From the IMG/VR virus record IMGVR_UViG_3300032050_009172: DNA of 64,000 nt, one strand, 5' to 3'. The notes under the pieces are model-generated. The model did not search any database and was not told the DNA's origin. It saw only the letters and a program-made list of their open reading frames with translations. Of this stretch, positions 39,891 to 48,974 are shown one piece after another. Each line of letters begins with the position of its first letter. Within the stretch, counting starts at the first letter, position 1. The translations under genes were made by a program, and so were the position numbers. The DNA comes from an uncultured virus (IMG/VR IMGVR_UViG_3300032050_009172). Lineage: Duplodnaviria; Heunggongvirae; Uroviricota; Caudoviricetes.

Positions 39891-41438
39891 ATGACCACAT
39901 ATAACGTAGCATTAAATGAAGGTGTTGATTATGATGCTTTCTGGCAGGAAATAGAAACTGACGGATCAGGCAGCGTCTACGTGCCCCAACGCGGGGTGGC
40001 AATTGTGAATGAACGTCCCACCAGTCTACGCCAGTGTTGGTATGAGTTAACTGATGACGAAGCAGACAAACTGCGTCAAGACCCCAGAGTGTATTGTGTG
40101 GAGATACCGCCTGAGCAACGAACAGATATTGAAATCCACAACAATGCCTCACAAACTGGCTTGTATTACAAAAGTCCCGGCACCAATCCTGCCAACAATC
40201 TTGGAATCAATTGGGGGTTGTTTAGACTGAATTCAACCACAATGAACACTCCTGGTTCATCAGGTACATTGACCTACAACTATCCCTTGGACGGCACTGG
40301 AGTAGACTTTGTGGTACAAGACTCAGGACTGCAAGTTGACCATCCTGAGTTTACGGATGCAGCTGGCGTGACTAGAGTACAACAAATTGACTGGTACACA
40401 GCGTCAGGTATTGCAGGTACCATGCCTGCTAATTTCTACACCGACTATGACGGACATGGCACACACTGTTGTGGCATTGCCGCGGGCAAAACATACGGTC
40501 GTGCTAAAAATGCTAGAATTTACTGTATGACTGTGAGTGGACTCAACGTGGCACCCACCAATGGTATATCAACCACAGATGTGTTTGACTGCATCAAAGG
40601 GTGGCACAACAACAAAACTGTGGACCCCGCCACAGGATACAAACGACCCACAGTTGTAAACATGAGCTGGAGTTACATCAACACGTTCACCAGTATCAAT
40701 GGTGGCATTTATCGTGGAACGCCCTGGAGTGGGTCTGCCAAACAAGCTACATTTGGTATGATTGGCAGTGCATCCAATCGCTTTGGTGTAAGAGTAGACA
40801 GTGTGGATGTGGATGTGGCCGAATTGCTGGCAGCAGGTGTGGTGTTAGTGGGCGCAGCCGGCAATTACTATCAAACTTTAGATGTGCCAGGCGGCCCTGA
40901 TTACGATAACTTTTTTTATCAAACAAGCACTCCTAGGTATTACATGCGCGGCGGATCACCGGCCAGTGCTGATGGAGTGATCTGTGTGGGCAACGTCAGC
41001 ACTGGATATGACAATCCTGAACACAAAAGTGGCTCTAGTGAATCTGGGCCCAGGGTGGATATTTATGCACCTGGCACAAACATTGTGAGTACCACCAGTA
41101 CCAGCAATGCATTTGGTGCTACCACACCATATCCATTCAATGCCAGCTACTTGATAATGAGTATTTCAGGCACGTCAATGGCCAGTCCCAATGTCGCTGG
41201 CCTGGCTGCTCAACTGCTACAAGTTTACCCCACAGCTACCCCAGCACAGATACGAGCCAAGGTCATTGCTATGAGCACTCCCAACATGCTGTATGACACA
41301 GGATCGCAAACTGACTACAGCAATGAAGAAATTCTGCACGGTGGACCCAATAGATTTGCCTATCAGGCATTTAACACAACCAGCGGCGGCAACATAAGCG
41401 GCCCAGTGTCAGTAAGTAACACAAGCATGAGGACATGA
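39891..41438 (+). CDS. subtilisin-like S8 serine protease
   Basis: catalytic VQDSG, HGTH, GTSMASP; AAGN oxyanion. Confidence 0.92.
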   Translation: MTTYNVALNEGVDYDAFWQEIETDGSGSVYVPQRGVAIVNERPTSLRQCWYELTDDEADKLRQDPRVYCVEIPPEQRTDIEIHNNASQTGLYYKSPGTNPANNLGINWGLFRLNSTTMNTPGSSGTLTYNYPLDGTGVDFVVQDSGLQVDHPEFTDAAGVTRVQQIDWYTASGIAGTMPANFYTDYDGHGTHCCGIAAGKTYGRAKNARIYCMTVSGLNVAPTNGISTTDVFDCIKGWHNNKTVDPATGYKRPTVVNMSWSYINTFTSINGGIYRGTPWSGSAKQATFGMIGSASNRFGVRVDSVDVDVAELLAAGVVLVGAAGNYYQTLDVPGGPDYDNFFYQTSTPRYYMRGGSPASADGVICVGNVSTGYDNPEHKSGSSESGPRVDIYAPGTNIVSTTSTSNAFGATTPYPFNASYLIMSISGTSMASPNVAGLAAQLLQVYPTATPAQIRAKVIAMSTPNMLYDTGSQTDYSNEEILHGGPNRFAYQAFNTTSGGNISGPVSVSNTSMRT

Positions 41439-41439
41439 T

Positions 41440-42168
41440 ATGCCAATAGTAATAGGACCCGGAATTGAAATAGGACCAGGAGTCACTGCTGGTGGTGGGT
41501 TTGCGCCAACAGTGAGTTTGATTTATGATTTAGATGCAGCCAATTACTCAGCTGTGCCCACCAACGGATCAGTCACAGAAGGAACAGGTACCACAGGAGA
41601 ACGCACACTAACAGTGGCCAATGCAGGCGGCAGTATTAGCTGGCAAGCTGACAATGGTGGGTTGTTCAGAAAATCTAACGCCACTGGAACTGACAGTATC
41701 CGCGGCGGTCCCAACTGGAGTACTGGTCAGAGTTATTCAGTGTTTGCAACCTACAAGTTGTCGGTCACAAGTTCTGGTAGATTGTTAAACACACAAAGTG
41801 AAGCCACTAGAGACTGGATGATGGGTGCCTACAATGGTTTTGTAAATGCATTCTATCCCAACTATGCAGTTAACTTGCCCAGCTCAGGAACAAATGCTGT
41901 GTGGAACTTTATATGGGGTACTTGGAACGCCAGCACCGGCCTAGGCCAAGTGTACACAGCAACAAGTGCTCAACCAACTACCACTTCTTTTACAGCCACT
42001 AATCTAGGCAGCGGCGGCGGCCCCAATCAAATAAGATTATTCAGTCGTTCAGCAGGCACCGAAGTGCAAACTGGCGACATAGGATTTGTCAAGGCCTACA
42101 ACGGAATATTAACGCTGGGAGACGTACAAGGTTTGTACGCTCAATACAAAACAAGATTTGGATATTAA
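41440..42168 (+). CDS. LamG/concanavalin-like virion protein
   Basis: L.YDLDAAN start; G.IG..K.YN..LT..V...Y...K.RFG end. Confidence 0.7.
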   Translation: MPIVIGPGIEIGPGVTAGGGFAPTVSLIYDLDAANYSAVPTNGSVTEGTGTTGERTLTVANAGGSISWQADNGGLFRKSNATGTDSIRGGPNWSTGQSYSVFATYKLSVTSSGRLLNTQSEATRDWMMGAYNGFVNAFYPNYAVNLPSSGTNAVWNFIWGTWNASTGLGQVYTATSAQPTTTSFTATNLGSGGGPNQIRLFSRSAGTEVQTGDIGFVKAYNGILTLGDVQGLYAQYKTRFGY

Positions 42169-42171
42169 TAT

Positions 42172-42486
42172 ATGGCAATGATAATAGGTTCAGGTATTAC
42201 TTTAGGCACAGGTCTTCAACTAACCAGCGGAGCCGCACCACCTCCGCCTCCATTGGTCATTCCCACCAGCGATACAGGTGGGGTAACAGGGTGGAATCCT
42301 CAAGCCGCAGGAATACCATACAGTGCCACAGTGATTGCCACATATCCAGTGGGTAGTACAATCACTTTTCAGGACAGCACCACAGCAACTATTACGCAGT
42401 GGGATGACTATGGTCCTACTTACATTGACATTTTTTGGGATACGCCTAAGGTTGGCACAATATTCCCAATCACACTATCAACTTAA
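42172..42486 (+). CDS. hypothetical virion-associated protein
   Basis: IGSGITLGTG N-terminus, poly-Pro linker. Confidence 0.65.
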   Translation: MAMIIGSGITLGTGLQLTSGAAPPPPPLVIPTSDTGGVTGWNPQAAGIPYSATVIATYPVGSTITFQDSTTATITQWDDYGPTYIDIFWDTPKVGTIFPITLST

Positions 42487-42498
42487 TAAGGAAACAAC

Positions 42499-43035
42499 AT
42501 GACAACAAAAATGTCAGAATCAGAAAAGAAAAAAGAAGACTGGATGAACTCAAAATGGCGGCCCATGATGGGTTGGTCATACATGCTGACCTGCATTGCA
42601 GATTTTGTGATATTTCCAGTGTTGTGGTCTATACTACAAAGCCTTTCAAAAGGTCAAGTCAACGTGCAGTGGCAACCTATCACCTTGCAAGGTGCAGGCC
42701 TGTATCACATTGCCATGGGTGCTGTGCTGGGTATTGCGGCTTATGGTCGCACACAAGAAAAACTAGGAGGAGCCAACAATGGCGGAATCAACTTACCATC
42801 AAATGTCGGTACAACATATACGCCTCCGGGATCAGTACAACAGCCAGCCGCACCCGGTGGTTTTGGTGCACCAACCACAAACACCTGGGGCTCACAACCC
42901 CTGGGAGGCGGAAGCGCATTTGGAGGCGCACCTGCAACAGGCTTTGGAGCACCAGCGGCTGGATTTACTGAAGTAACCATTGGGTTTGGTGGTAAAAAAG
43001 CTCCGCCAGCCATAACTGACTATCCAGAACGATAA
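42499..43035 (+). CDS. 3-TM holin-like protein (GTA holin type)
   Basis: W...WRP.MGW, TM segments, LG..AYGRT.EK. Confidence 0.7.
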   Translation: MTTKMSESEKKKEDWMNSKWRPMMGWSYMLTCIADFVIFPVLWSILQSLSKGQVNVQWQPITLQGAGLYHIAMGAVLGIAAYGRTQEKLGGANNGGINLPSNVGTTYTPPGSVQQPAAPGGFGAPTTNTWGSQPLGGGSAFGGAPATGFGAPAAGFTEVTIGFGGKKAPPAITDYPER

Positions 43036-43056
43036 TAACTAAAAAGGAAAATCAAA

Positions 43057-43263
43057 ATGAAAAATATTATATTTGTAGCAGGATTAATTCTTAGTTTGCC
43101 AGCAATTGCTGACGAAGCCAAAGAAACCAAACGAGTCTGCGTTGACGTAAAGAAAGACGGCAAGGAAGTAAAAGATCCCAAAACAGGCAAGACCAAGCAA
43201 AGCTGTAAAGAAGTCAAACAGCACAAAAAACTAGATGGCACCAAAGTGCCGGAGAAAAAGTAA
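43057..43263 (+). CDS. small exported Lys-rich protein
   Basis: signal peptide (..PAIA), two Cys; SD AAGGA. Confidence 0.7.
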   Translation: MKNIIFVAGLILSLPAIADEAKETKRVCVDVKKDGKEVKDPKTGKTKQSCKEVKQHKKLDGTKVPEKK

Positions 43264-43340
43264 TGGAATGGTTATTGTTTGTTGTGGTGGCTGCTGGCAT
43301 TGGCTGGTGGTGCTGGGACTACTACAATAAGTTTCGTTAA
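43263..43340 (+). CDS. 25-aa single-TM peptide (not in ORF track)
   Basis: TAATG overlap; MEWLLFVVVAAGIGWWCWDYYNKFR. Confidence 0.5.
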   Translation: MEWLLFVVVAAGIGWWCWDYYNKFR

Positions 43341-43341
43341 T

Positions 43342-43390
43342 TTGACAACCAGTACCGGGCCCTGTATAATTAAACATACAGGGCCTTTTT
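43342..43390 (+). promoter_or_regulatory. consensus sigma70 promoter overlapped by a terminator hairpin
   Basis: TTGACA(43342)-17 nt-TATAAT(43365); GGCCCTGTAT-N8-ATACAGGGCC-TTTTT. Confidence 0.85.
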
Positions 43391-43391
43391 C

Positions 43392-44168
43392 ATGACCGAT
43401 CACTATGCAACACTAGGTGTTGCTCGAACTGCCACACAAGACGAAATCAAACGAGCTTTCCGTCGGCTGGCCAGCCAGCATCATCCGGACAAGGGCGGCG
43501 ATACAGCCAAGTTCCAAGAGATACAAGCAGCCTACGACACTCTAGGCGACGAAGCCAAACGAGCTGAGTACAACAATCCACGCCCACAGTTTGGGGGATT
43601 CCCCAACGGCACACACTTCAACATGAATGATATTTTTTCAAGCATGTTTGGACAGAACTTTGCGCAACAGCAAGCTCGTAGAGGTCATGTGAGAATGAGT
43701 CTCTGGATCAGTCTTGCTGACGTTGCAACTGGTGGACAGCGCACAGTGACCATTGGTACACAGCAAGGTGCCCAAGCAGTTGAAATTGAAGTACCGCGTG
43801 GCATTGACGACGGAGACAATGTGCAATACCAAGGCCTGGGCCCAGGTGGCGCAGATCTAGTGGTGCAGTATCGAGTGCAACCAGATCCAAACTGGGAACG
43901 GCAAGGACTAAACTTGATTACCAATCGCAAAATCAATGTGTTTGATTTGATATTGGGTGCGGACATTCGAGTTAGAGATTTGCTAGGCAATGAATTGTCT
44001 ATGACTGTGCCGTCGGGCACTCAACCGGGCACACTGCTAAGACTCAAAGGTCGTGGTCTGCCCAATCGTCAAGGTCAGCAGGGCGATGCGTTTGTTCGCA
44101 TATCAACCGAATTGCCCATACACATTGCCCCAGAAATTCGTGAAGCTATCCAAAAGCATCACAAATAA
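43392..44168 (+). CDS. dnaJ: DnaJ-class chaperone (CbpA-like, no Zn finger)
   Basis: J domain with HPD, G/F region, C-terminal domain LRLKG.GLP. Confidence 0.9.
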   Translation: MTDHYATLGVARTATQDEIKRAFRRLASQHHPDKGGDTAKFQEIQAAYDTLGDEAKRAEYNNPRPQFGGFPNGTHFNMNDIFSSMFGQNFAQQQARRGHVRMSLWISLADVATGGQRTVTIGTQQGAQAVEIEVPRGIDDGDNVQYQGLGPGGADLVVQYRVQPDPNWERQGLNLITNRKINVFDLILGADIRVRDLLGNELSMTVPSGTQPGTLLRLKGRGLPNRQGQQGDAFVRISTELPIHIAPEIREAIQKHHK

Positions 44169-44174
44169 ATATTT

Positions 44175-44209
44175 TGAGTATTGCATTACTCACAACAATG
44201 TGCTACAAT
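44175..44209 (+). promoter_or_regulatory. sigma70-like promoter with inverted repeat centred on -35
   Basis: TGAGTA-TTGCAT-TACTCA; TTGCAT-17 nt-TACAAT with TG. Confidence 0.65.
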
Positions 44210-44231
44210 ACACAAGGTAACAACTTAACTC

Positions 44232-46514
44232 ATGCCCATGTCACAACATTCTGAACTCGAAAGTATCGTAGAAGACGCCATTGAATTGGCTCGTTCCAAA
44301 AGTCACGAATACGTGACCACAGAACATTTGCTGTTGGCCCTGATACGGCACCAGCCATTTAGAAAAACTCTGGACAAATTTGGCACCGACTCTGGCATGC
44401 TGGATCAAGAAGTAGACAGCTACCTCAACAGCTTGATTTCTATTGTGAGTAAAAGCGCAGATATACAACCTCGAAAGACCACTGCACTGGAACGCATTTT
44501 CAATCGTGCCAATGTACAGGTCATGTTTACTGGACGCAGAACACTCACTGTGATTGATGTGTATCTTTCAATCATGGCAGAAACCAACAGTCATGCACAC
44601 TACTTCTTGTTGAAGTATGGTGTGAAGAAACAGGAGTTTGTGGATCATTGGCAAAAGACCTACACTCACTCAGACGCCAAGCTGAGTCAAGCACAGGCCA
44701 CAGAAATACTCACTGAGTACTGTACAGATCTCACAGGTGCGGCTCGCGGCAATCGTCTGGAGCCCATGATTGGGCGAGCCACAGAAGTTCAAGAAATGGT
44801 CACCACACTGGCACGCCGTTTCAAAGCCAACGTGCTGATGGTAGGTGATCCTGGTGTGGGCAAAACACACATTGTGGAAGGACTAGCACAGGAAATTGTG
44901 GCTGGTCGTGTGCCAGAGTTTCTTAAGGATCACGAAGTGTGGAGCCTGGAAATTGGGTCATTGTTGGCAGGATCAAAGTATCGCGGTGAGTTTGAAGAAA
45001 AATTCAAAGCAGTAATAGCTGCTCTTGAAACCAAGAAGAAATGTATCTTGTTCATTGACGAAGCACACACCATGCGTGGCGCAGGTTCAGGCTCTAACAG
45101 TTCACTTGACTTTGCTAACATGCTGAAACCTGCTATTACCAAAGGCAACTTGAAAGTTGTGGCGTCGACCACCTGGGAAGAATACTATGAATCATTTGAG
45201 AAAGATCGCGCACTCATGCGCAGATTCTACCGCTTGTCAATTGATGAACCAGATACTGCAACCACGGAGCAGATTCTTATTGGTCTATCTCCCCGGCTCG
45301 AAACGTTTCATAATGTGCTGATTGAAACTGAAGCAATGACTGCGGCTGTGGAACTGGCCAATCGTTACATACACGATCGTAAGAATCCTGACAAATCAAT
45401 TGACTTGATTGATGCAGCCTGTGCTAGAGAGCGTGTGAAAGATCTGGGCACAGTAGTAGTTACCAAGGCCATGATTGAAGAACAGTTGACTCGTGTGACT
45501 GGTGTGCCCACAGACAAACTGCAAAACGAACGTTCAGCTAAGATTGTGGATCTTGAAGGCAACATCAAGCAGAAATTGTACGGACAAGATTCAGCAGTTG
45601 ATTCAGTGCTGGAACGTGTGTACATCAACTTTGCTGGCATTGCCAATGACAAAAAGCCCATGGCGAGTTTCTTGTTCTTGGGCCCAACAGGCACAGGTAA
45701 AACAGAACTAGCACGACTGTTGAGTGACAATTTGGATATGAAACTGCTGAAATATGACATGAGTGAATTCCAAGAGCGTCATTCAGTCAGCAGCCTTATT
45801 GGTGCGCCTCCGGGTTATGTGGGATTTGAAGATGGCAATGTAGGTGGCGGCAAACTGATCTCTGACATCAGCAAGAATCCCTTCGCAGTAATATTGTTTG
45901 ATGAGATTGAAAAGGCGCACCCTGATGTTACCAACATCTTGTTGCAGATGCTGGATGAAGGTGTTATTACCAGTTCGAACGGCAAGAAAGCCAACTGCAA
46001 GAATACCATCATTATCATGACTTCAAACTTAGGAGCACGGGACAGTGAAGCAAACAACATTGGCTTTGGCAGCTTTGAAAAGACTGGTGAGGACGACCGA
46101 GCTCTCAAAGAGTTTTTCAAGCCTGAACTACGCAACAGAATCGACCAAATTGTTAAATTCTCCAAGCTGGATACTTTGGCAATCAAGAAAGTTGTGGTCA
46201 AGTTTGTGGATGAACTCAAAACGAGTTTGCTTGCAAAAGGTATACGTCTCAACTTATCCGAAGGCGCAGTTGACCTGCTTGCTGACAAGGGCTATGATTC
46301 GAAGCTGGGTGCGCGACCACTCTCGAGGAAGATTGATGAACTGATTCGTGTGCCGTTGAGCAAGAAGATCCTGTTTGATCGCTTGCGTGATTGTACTATC
46401 ACTGCGGATGTTGTGGCGGACAAAATTGTGTTTGATGTTCAAGCGGACGCACCTGTGGAAGTGATTGCAAGTGTAAATGTTGATGGAATTATAGTGGTGG
46501 ACAATGAGAAGTGA
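44232..46514 (+). CDS. clpA: ClpA/ClpB-family AAA+ ATPase
   Basis: Clp-N EHLLLAL, GDPGVGKT, KYRGEFE, GPTGTGKTE, LIGAPPGYVG, DEIEKAH, GARP; no ClpB middle domain. Confidence 0.9.
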   Translation: MPMSQHSELESIVEDAIELARSKSHEYVTTEHLLLALIRHQPFRKTLDKFGTDSGMLDQEVDSYLNSLISIVSKSADIQPRKTTALERIFNRANVQVMFTGRRTLTVIDVYLSIMAETNSHAHYFLLKYGVKKQEFVDHWQKTYTHSDAKLSQAQATEILTEYCTDLTGAARGNRLEPMIGRATEVQEMVTTLARRFKANVLMVGDPGVGKTHIVEGLAQEIVAGRVPEFLKDHEVWSLEIGSLLAGSKYRGEFEEKFKAVIAALETKKKCILFIDEAHTMRGAGSGSNSSLDFANMLKPAITKGNLKVVASTTWEEYYESFEKDRALMRRFYRLSIDEPDTATTEQILIGLSPRLETFHNVLIETEAMTAAVELANRYIHDRKNPDKSIDLIDAACARERVKDLGTVVVTKAMIEEQLTRVTGVPTDKLQNERSAKIVDLEGNIKQKLYGQDSAVDSVLERVYINFAGIANDKKPMASFLFLGPTGTGKTELARLLSDNLDMKLLKYDMSEFQERHSVSSLIGAPPGYVGFEDGNVGGGKLISDISKNPFAVILFDEIEKAHPDVTNILLQMLDEGVITSSNGKKANCKNTIIIMTSNLGARDSEANNIGFGSFEKTGEDDRALKEFFKPELRNRIDQIVKFSKLDTLAIKKVVVKFVDELKTSLLAKGIRLNLSEGAVDLLADKGYDSKLGARPLSRKIDELIRVPLSKKILFDRLRDCTITADVVADKIVFDVQADAPVEVIASVNVDGIIVVDNEK

Positions 46515-47199
46515 ATCGCGTAGTTCGTTGTACTACAACGCATATGAATATGCCATGACCTGGCAGCAGGACGAAATTGGGTGTATTCGCAGTCTTGATC
46601 AAAAGAAAATGCAGTCACACATTCGCGTGAGAATGGAGTACGAAGCTAGTAGAAATTCTCATTACCAACGCTATGGCGAAAAATTTATAAGCAAATTTAC
46701 CACACGCTGTTGTGACAATTTAGAAGGCATGCGAGCACTGTTGGCAGCAGAAACTCCCCCAAAGAAAATGGTGTTTTTCAACAATTATCTCACAGTGTAC
46801 ACAAACAATCTTGGCTTGCATGGTCGATTGATGGCATGCGATTGGATTGAGTCTGTAGATCTCAAACGAGCAGAACTCAATTTGCCACCTGATACAATTT
46901 TATTAAAAAATCCACAGTATCAATACCGCACTTATTTCCGTGGGCGATCACTTGGCAAAACACAAAAGTCTCGACTGGCTGCATGGATAACCACCCAGGG
47001 CAATGACGTTGCAGCCAGCAAGAGTTTGCGAGAATTTTTAGATATTGAAATTAGGCCAACACGGGTGTATTGGTGGCGCAATGATGTTACTGAAAGCTAT
47101 TACTACATCGAGCACAATAGCCTACAATATGAAACCATGCTGAGTATGGTATGCCCGGGCATGGTTAGGAAAACTCTGCCCATAGTGAAAAAACAATAA
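46504..47199 (+). CDS. hypothetical protein
   Basis: long ORF overlapping clpA end. Confidence 0.65.
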   Translation: MRSESRSSLYYNAYEYAMTWQQDEIGCIRSLDQKKMQSHIRVRMEYEASRNSHYQRYGEKFISKFTTRCCDNLEGMRALLAAETPPKKMVFFNNYLTVYTNNLGLHGRLMACDWIESVDLKRAELNLPPDTILLKNPQYQYRTYFRGRSLGKTQKSRLAAWITTQGNDVAASKSLREFLDIEIRPTRVYWWRNDVTESYYYIEHNSLQYETMLSMVCPGMVRKTLPIVKKQ

Positions 47200-47209
47200 A
47201 TAACACACT

Positions 47210-47374
47210 ATGGCAAAAATACATGAAGAAATAGTTGTGATCAAACTATCAAAATTGGTCAAAGACGATGCAACAGCAGAAGCAATTGCCACTGATGACA
47301 TTGTGGCAGCCCTGCAATCAGTTGCAGAAGAACTAGCCGGCAGCGGTGTTGTTGTGGAAGCTGATCGCGCATAA
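47210..47374 (+). CDS. 54-aa protein (not in ORF track)
   Basis: MAKIHEEIVVIKLSKLVKD...ELAG.GVVVE; TAAATA upstream, TAATG overlap downstream. Confidence 0.75.
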   Translation: MAKIHEEIVVIKLSKLVKDDATAEAIATDDIVAALQSVAEELAGSGVVVEADRA

Positions 47375-47736
47375 TGACCACTGAAATCATTCTTGGCACC
47401 ACAGTTTACGGAGAACCTTCGGGCAACTACGACGGGTCAAGTCAAGACTGGGCATCAGACGCTGTGCCAGCAGCCAGTTATTATCGCGGCCGTGGCGGCT
47501 TGCAAACTGTGACTTTTAGTGTTGAAAATTTTGAAGGTACCATTTATCTTGACGCCACGCTGGATACACTACCAGAATCAGCCACTTGGTTTAACACATT
47601 TATTTTTGATGATGGGTCTACTATACCAATAACTGATTACCATCCTGCAACAATAACTGGTAATTTTGTGTGGCTGCGTTGCAGAATTGAAAACTTTTCT
47701 GGTGGCACTATAAATTCTGTCACCGCCACTTACTAA
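47374..47736 (+). CDS. hypothetical (probably structural) protein
   Basis: beta-rich; GNFVWLR. Confidence 0.7.
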   Translation: MTTEIILGTTVYGEPSGNYDGSSQDWASDAVPAASYYRGRGGLQTVTFSVENFEGTIYLDATLDTLPESATWFNTFIFDDGSTIPITDYHPATITGNFVWLRCRIENFSGGTINSVTATY

Positions 47737-47744
47737 GGAAATCC

Positions 47745-48185
47745 ATGTCAGAAGTTGTTAAATTTCAGTGTACGTTAGGCACCACCTCGTCCGCTGCACC
47801 ACTGAGTTTTGAAGCTTTACTAAATGGCCAAAGTGTTTTTAAGTTAGATCATGTGACTGATAACTGTCAGGTAACATTTGACATTCCAGATACAGATGAC
47901 ACTGAACAAAAACTACAACTGGTGATGTCAGGCAAAACTACAGAACACACACAAGTTGATGATCAGGGCAATATCACTGCTGATGCCATGTTGACCATTG
48001 ATACTGTGTCAATTGACGGAGTTGATATCACTCAGTTGTTGAATGAAACAGCAGATTATGCACACGATTTCAATGGCACACAAGATCCCATAAAAGACAA
48101 GTTCTATGGAGCCATGGGCTGTAACGGCTCAATAACACTTGAATTTACCACACCATTTTATCTGTGGTTGCTGGAACACATGTAA
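47745..48185 (+). CDS. hypothetical protein
   Basis: SD AAGGA; MG.NG...L.F.TP.Y.WLLE end. Confidence 0.7.
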   Translation: MSEVVKFQCTLGTTSSAAPLSFEALLNGQSVFKLDHVTDNCQVTFDIPDTDDTEQKLQLVMSGKTTEHTQVDDQGNITADAMLTIDTVSIDGVDITQLLNETADYAHDFNGTQDPIKDKFYGAMGCNGSITLEFTTPFYLWLLEHM

Positions 48186-48201
48186 GCACTAAATACAGTG
48201 T

Positions 48202-48918
48202 ATGAGCACTGTAGTAATCATGCCCGGGGGATTTCATCCTTTCCATGCAGGGCACCTAGCACTTTATCAATCCGCACAACGGGCATTCCCTGATGCTGAA
48301 GTTTTTGTTGCGGCCACAAACGATACCTCAGCTAGACCATTTCCATTTGCAGTAAAAGAAAAGTTGGCCAAGCTGGCTGGAGTAGATGCTGGACATTTTG
48401 TGCAGGTCAAATCACCGTTTCGTGCTGAAGAAATTACTGCGCAATTTAACCCTGCTACAGACACATTAATTTTTGTGCGTTCTGATAAAGACGCCAACAA
48501 ACCTCCACAAGCAGGCGGCATAAAGAAAGATGGCAATCCTGCATACTTGCAACCACTGATAGGTGCAAAGCGATTAGAGCCATTTGCAAAACATGCCTAC
48601 ATGGCCTACCTACCCACAGTGGAGTTTGGTCCAGGCATGACGTCGGCCACAGAGATTCGTGGCGCATGGCCCACACTAAACGAAAAACGCAAAACAGCTC
48701 TTGTGATGAGCTTGTATCCAGCAACACAAAAGAATCCCAAATTGGCTGCTAATGTTGTCAAACTGTTGGACACTGCCATTGGTACTGTGGCTGAGAATCA
48801 AGGCTGGGCCGCGACATTTACCAGCGAGAATCAACTGAGTGTGGGTGGCATGAAGGCAGGCTATCAAGCTAGAGAAAATCAGCCCGTTATTGACTACATG
48901 GAAGAGTCTAGGTCGTAA
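48202..48918 (+). CDS. HxGH (cytidylyltransferase-like) nucleotidyltransferase
   Basis: PGGFHPFHAGH, RPF.F..K, SATEIR. Confidence 0.8.
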   Translation: MSTVVIMPGGFHPFHAGHLALYQSAQRAFPDAEVFVAATNDTSARPFPFAVKEKLAKLAGVDAGHFVQVKSPFRAEEITAQFNPATDTLIFVRSDKDANKPPQAGGIKKDGNPAYLQPLIGAKRLEPFAKHAYMAYLPTVEFGPGMTSATEIRGAWPTLNEKRKTALVMSLYPATQKNPKLAANVVKLLDTAIGTVAENQGWAATFTSENQLSVGGMKAGYQARENQPVIDYMEESRS

Positions 48919-48974
48919 AAATTTTGCCTTGGCTGTATAATCCGTAAATACTACACTTTTTTACGGAGATCTAA

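Noticed and set aside
43342..44209. Inverted repeats upstream of dnaJ/clpA as CIRCE elements
   Set aside because: They do not match TTAGCACTC-N9-GAGTGCTAA.
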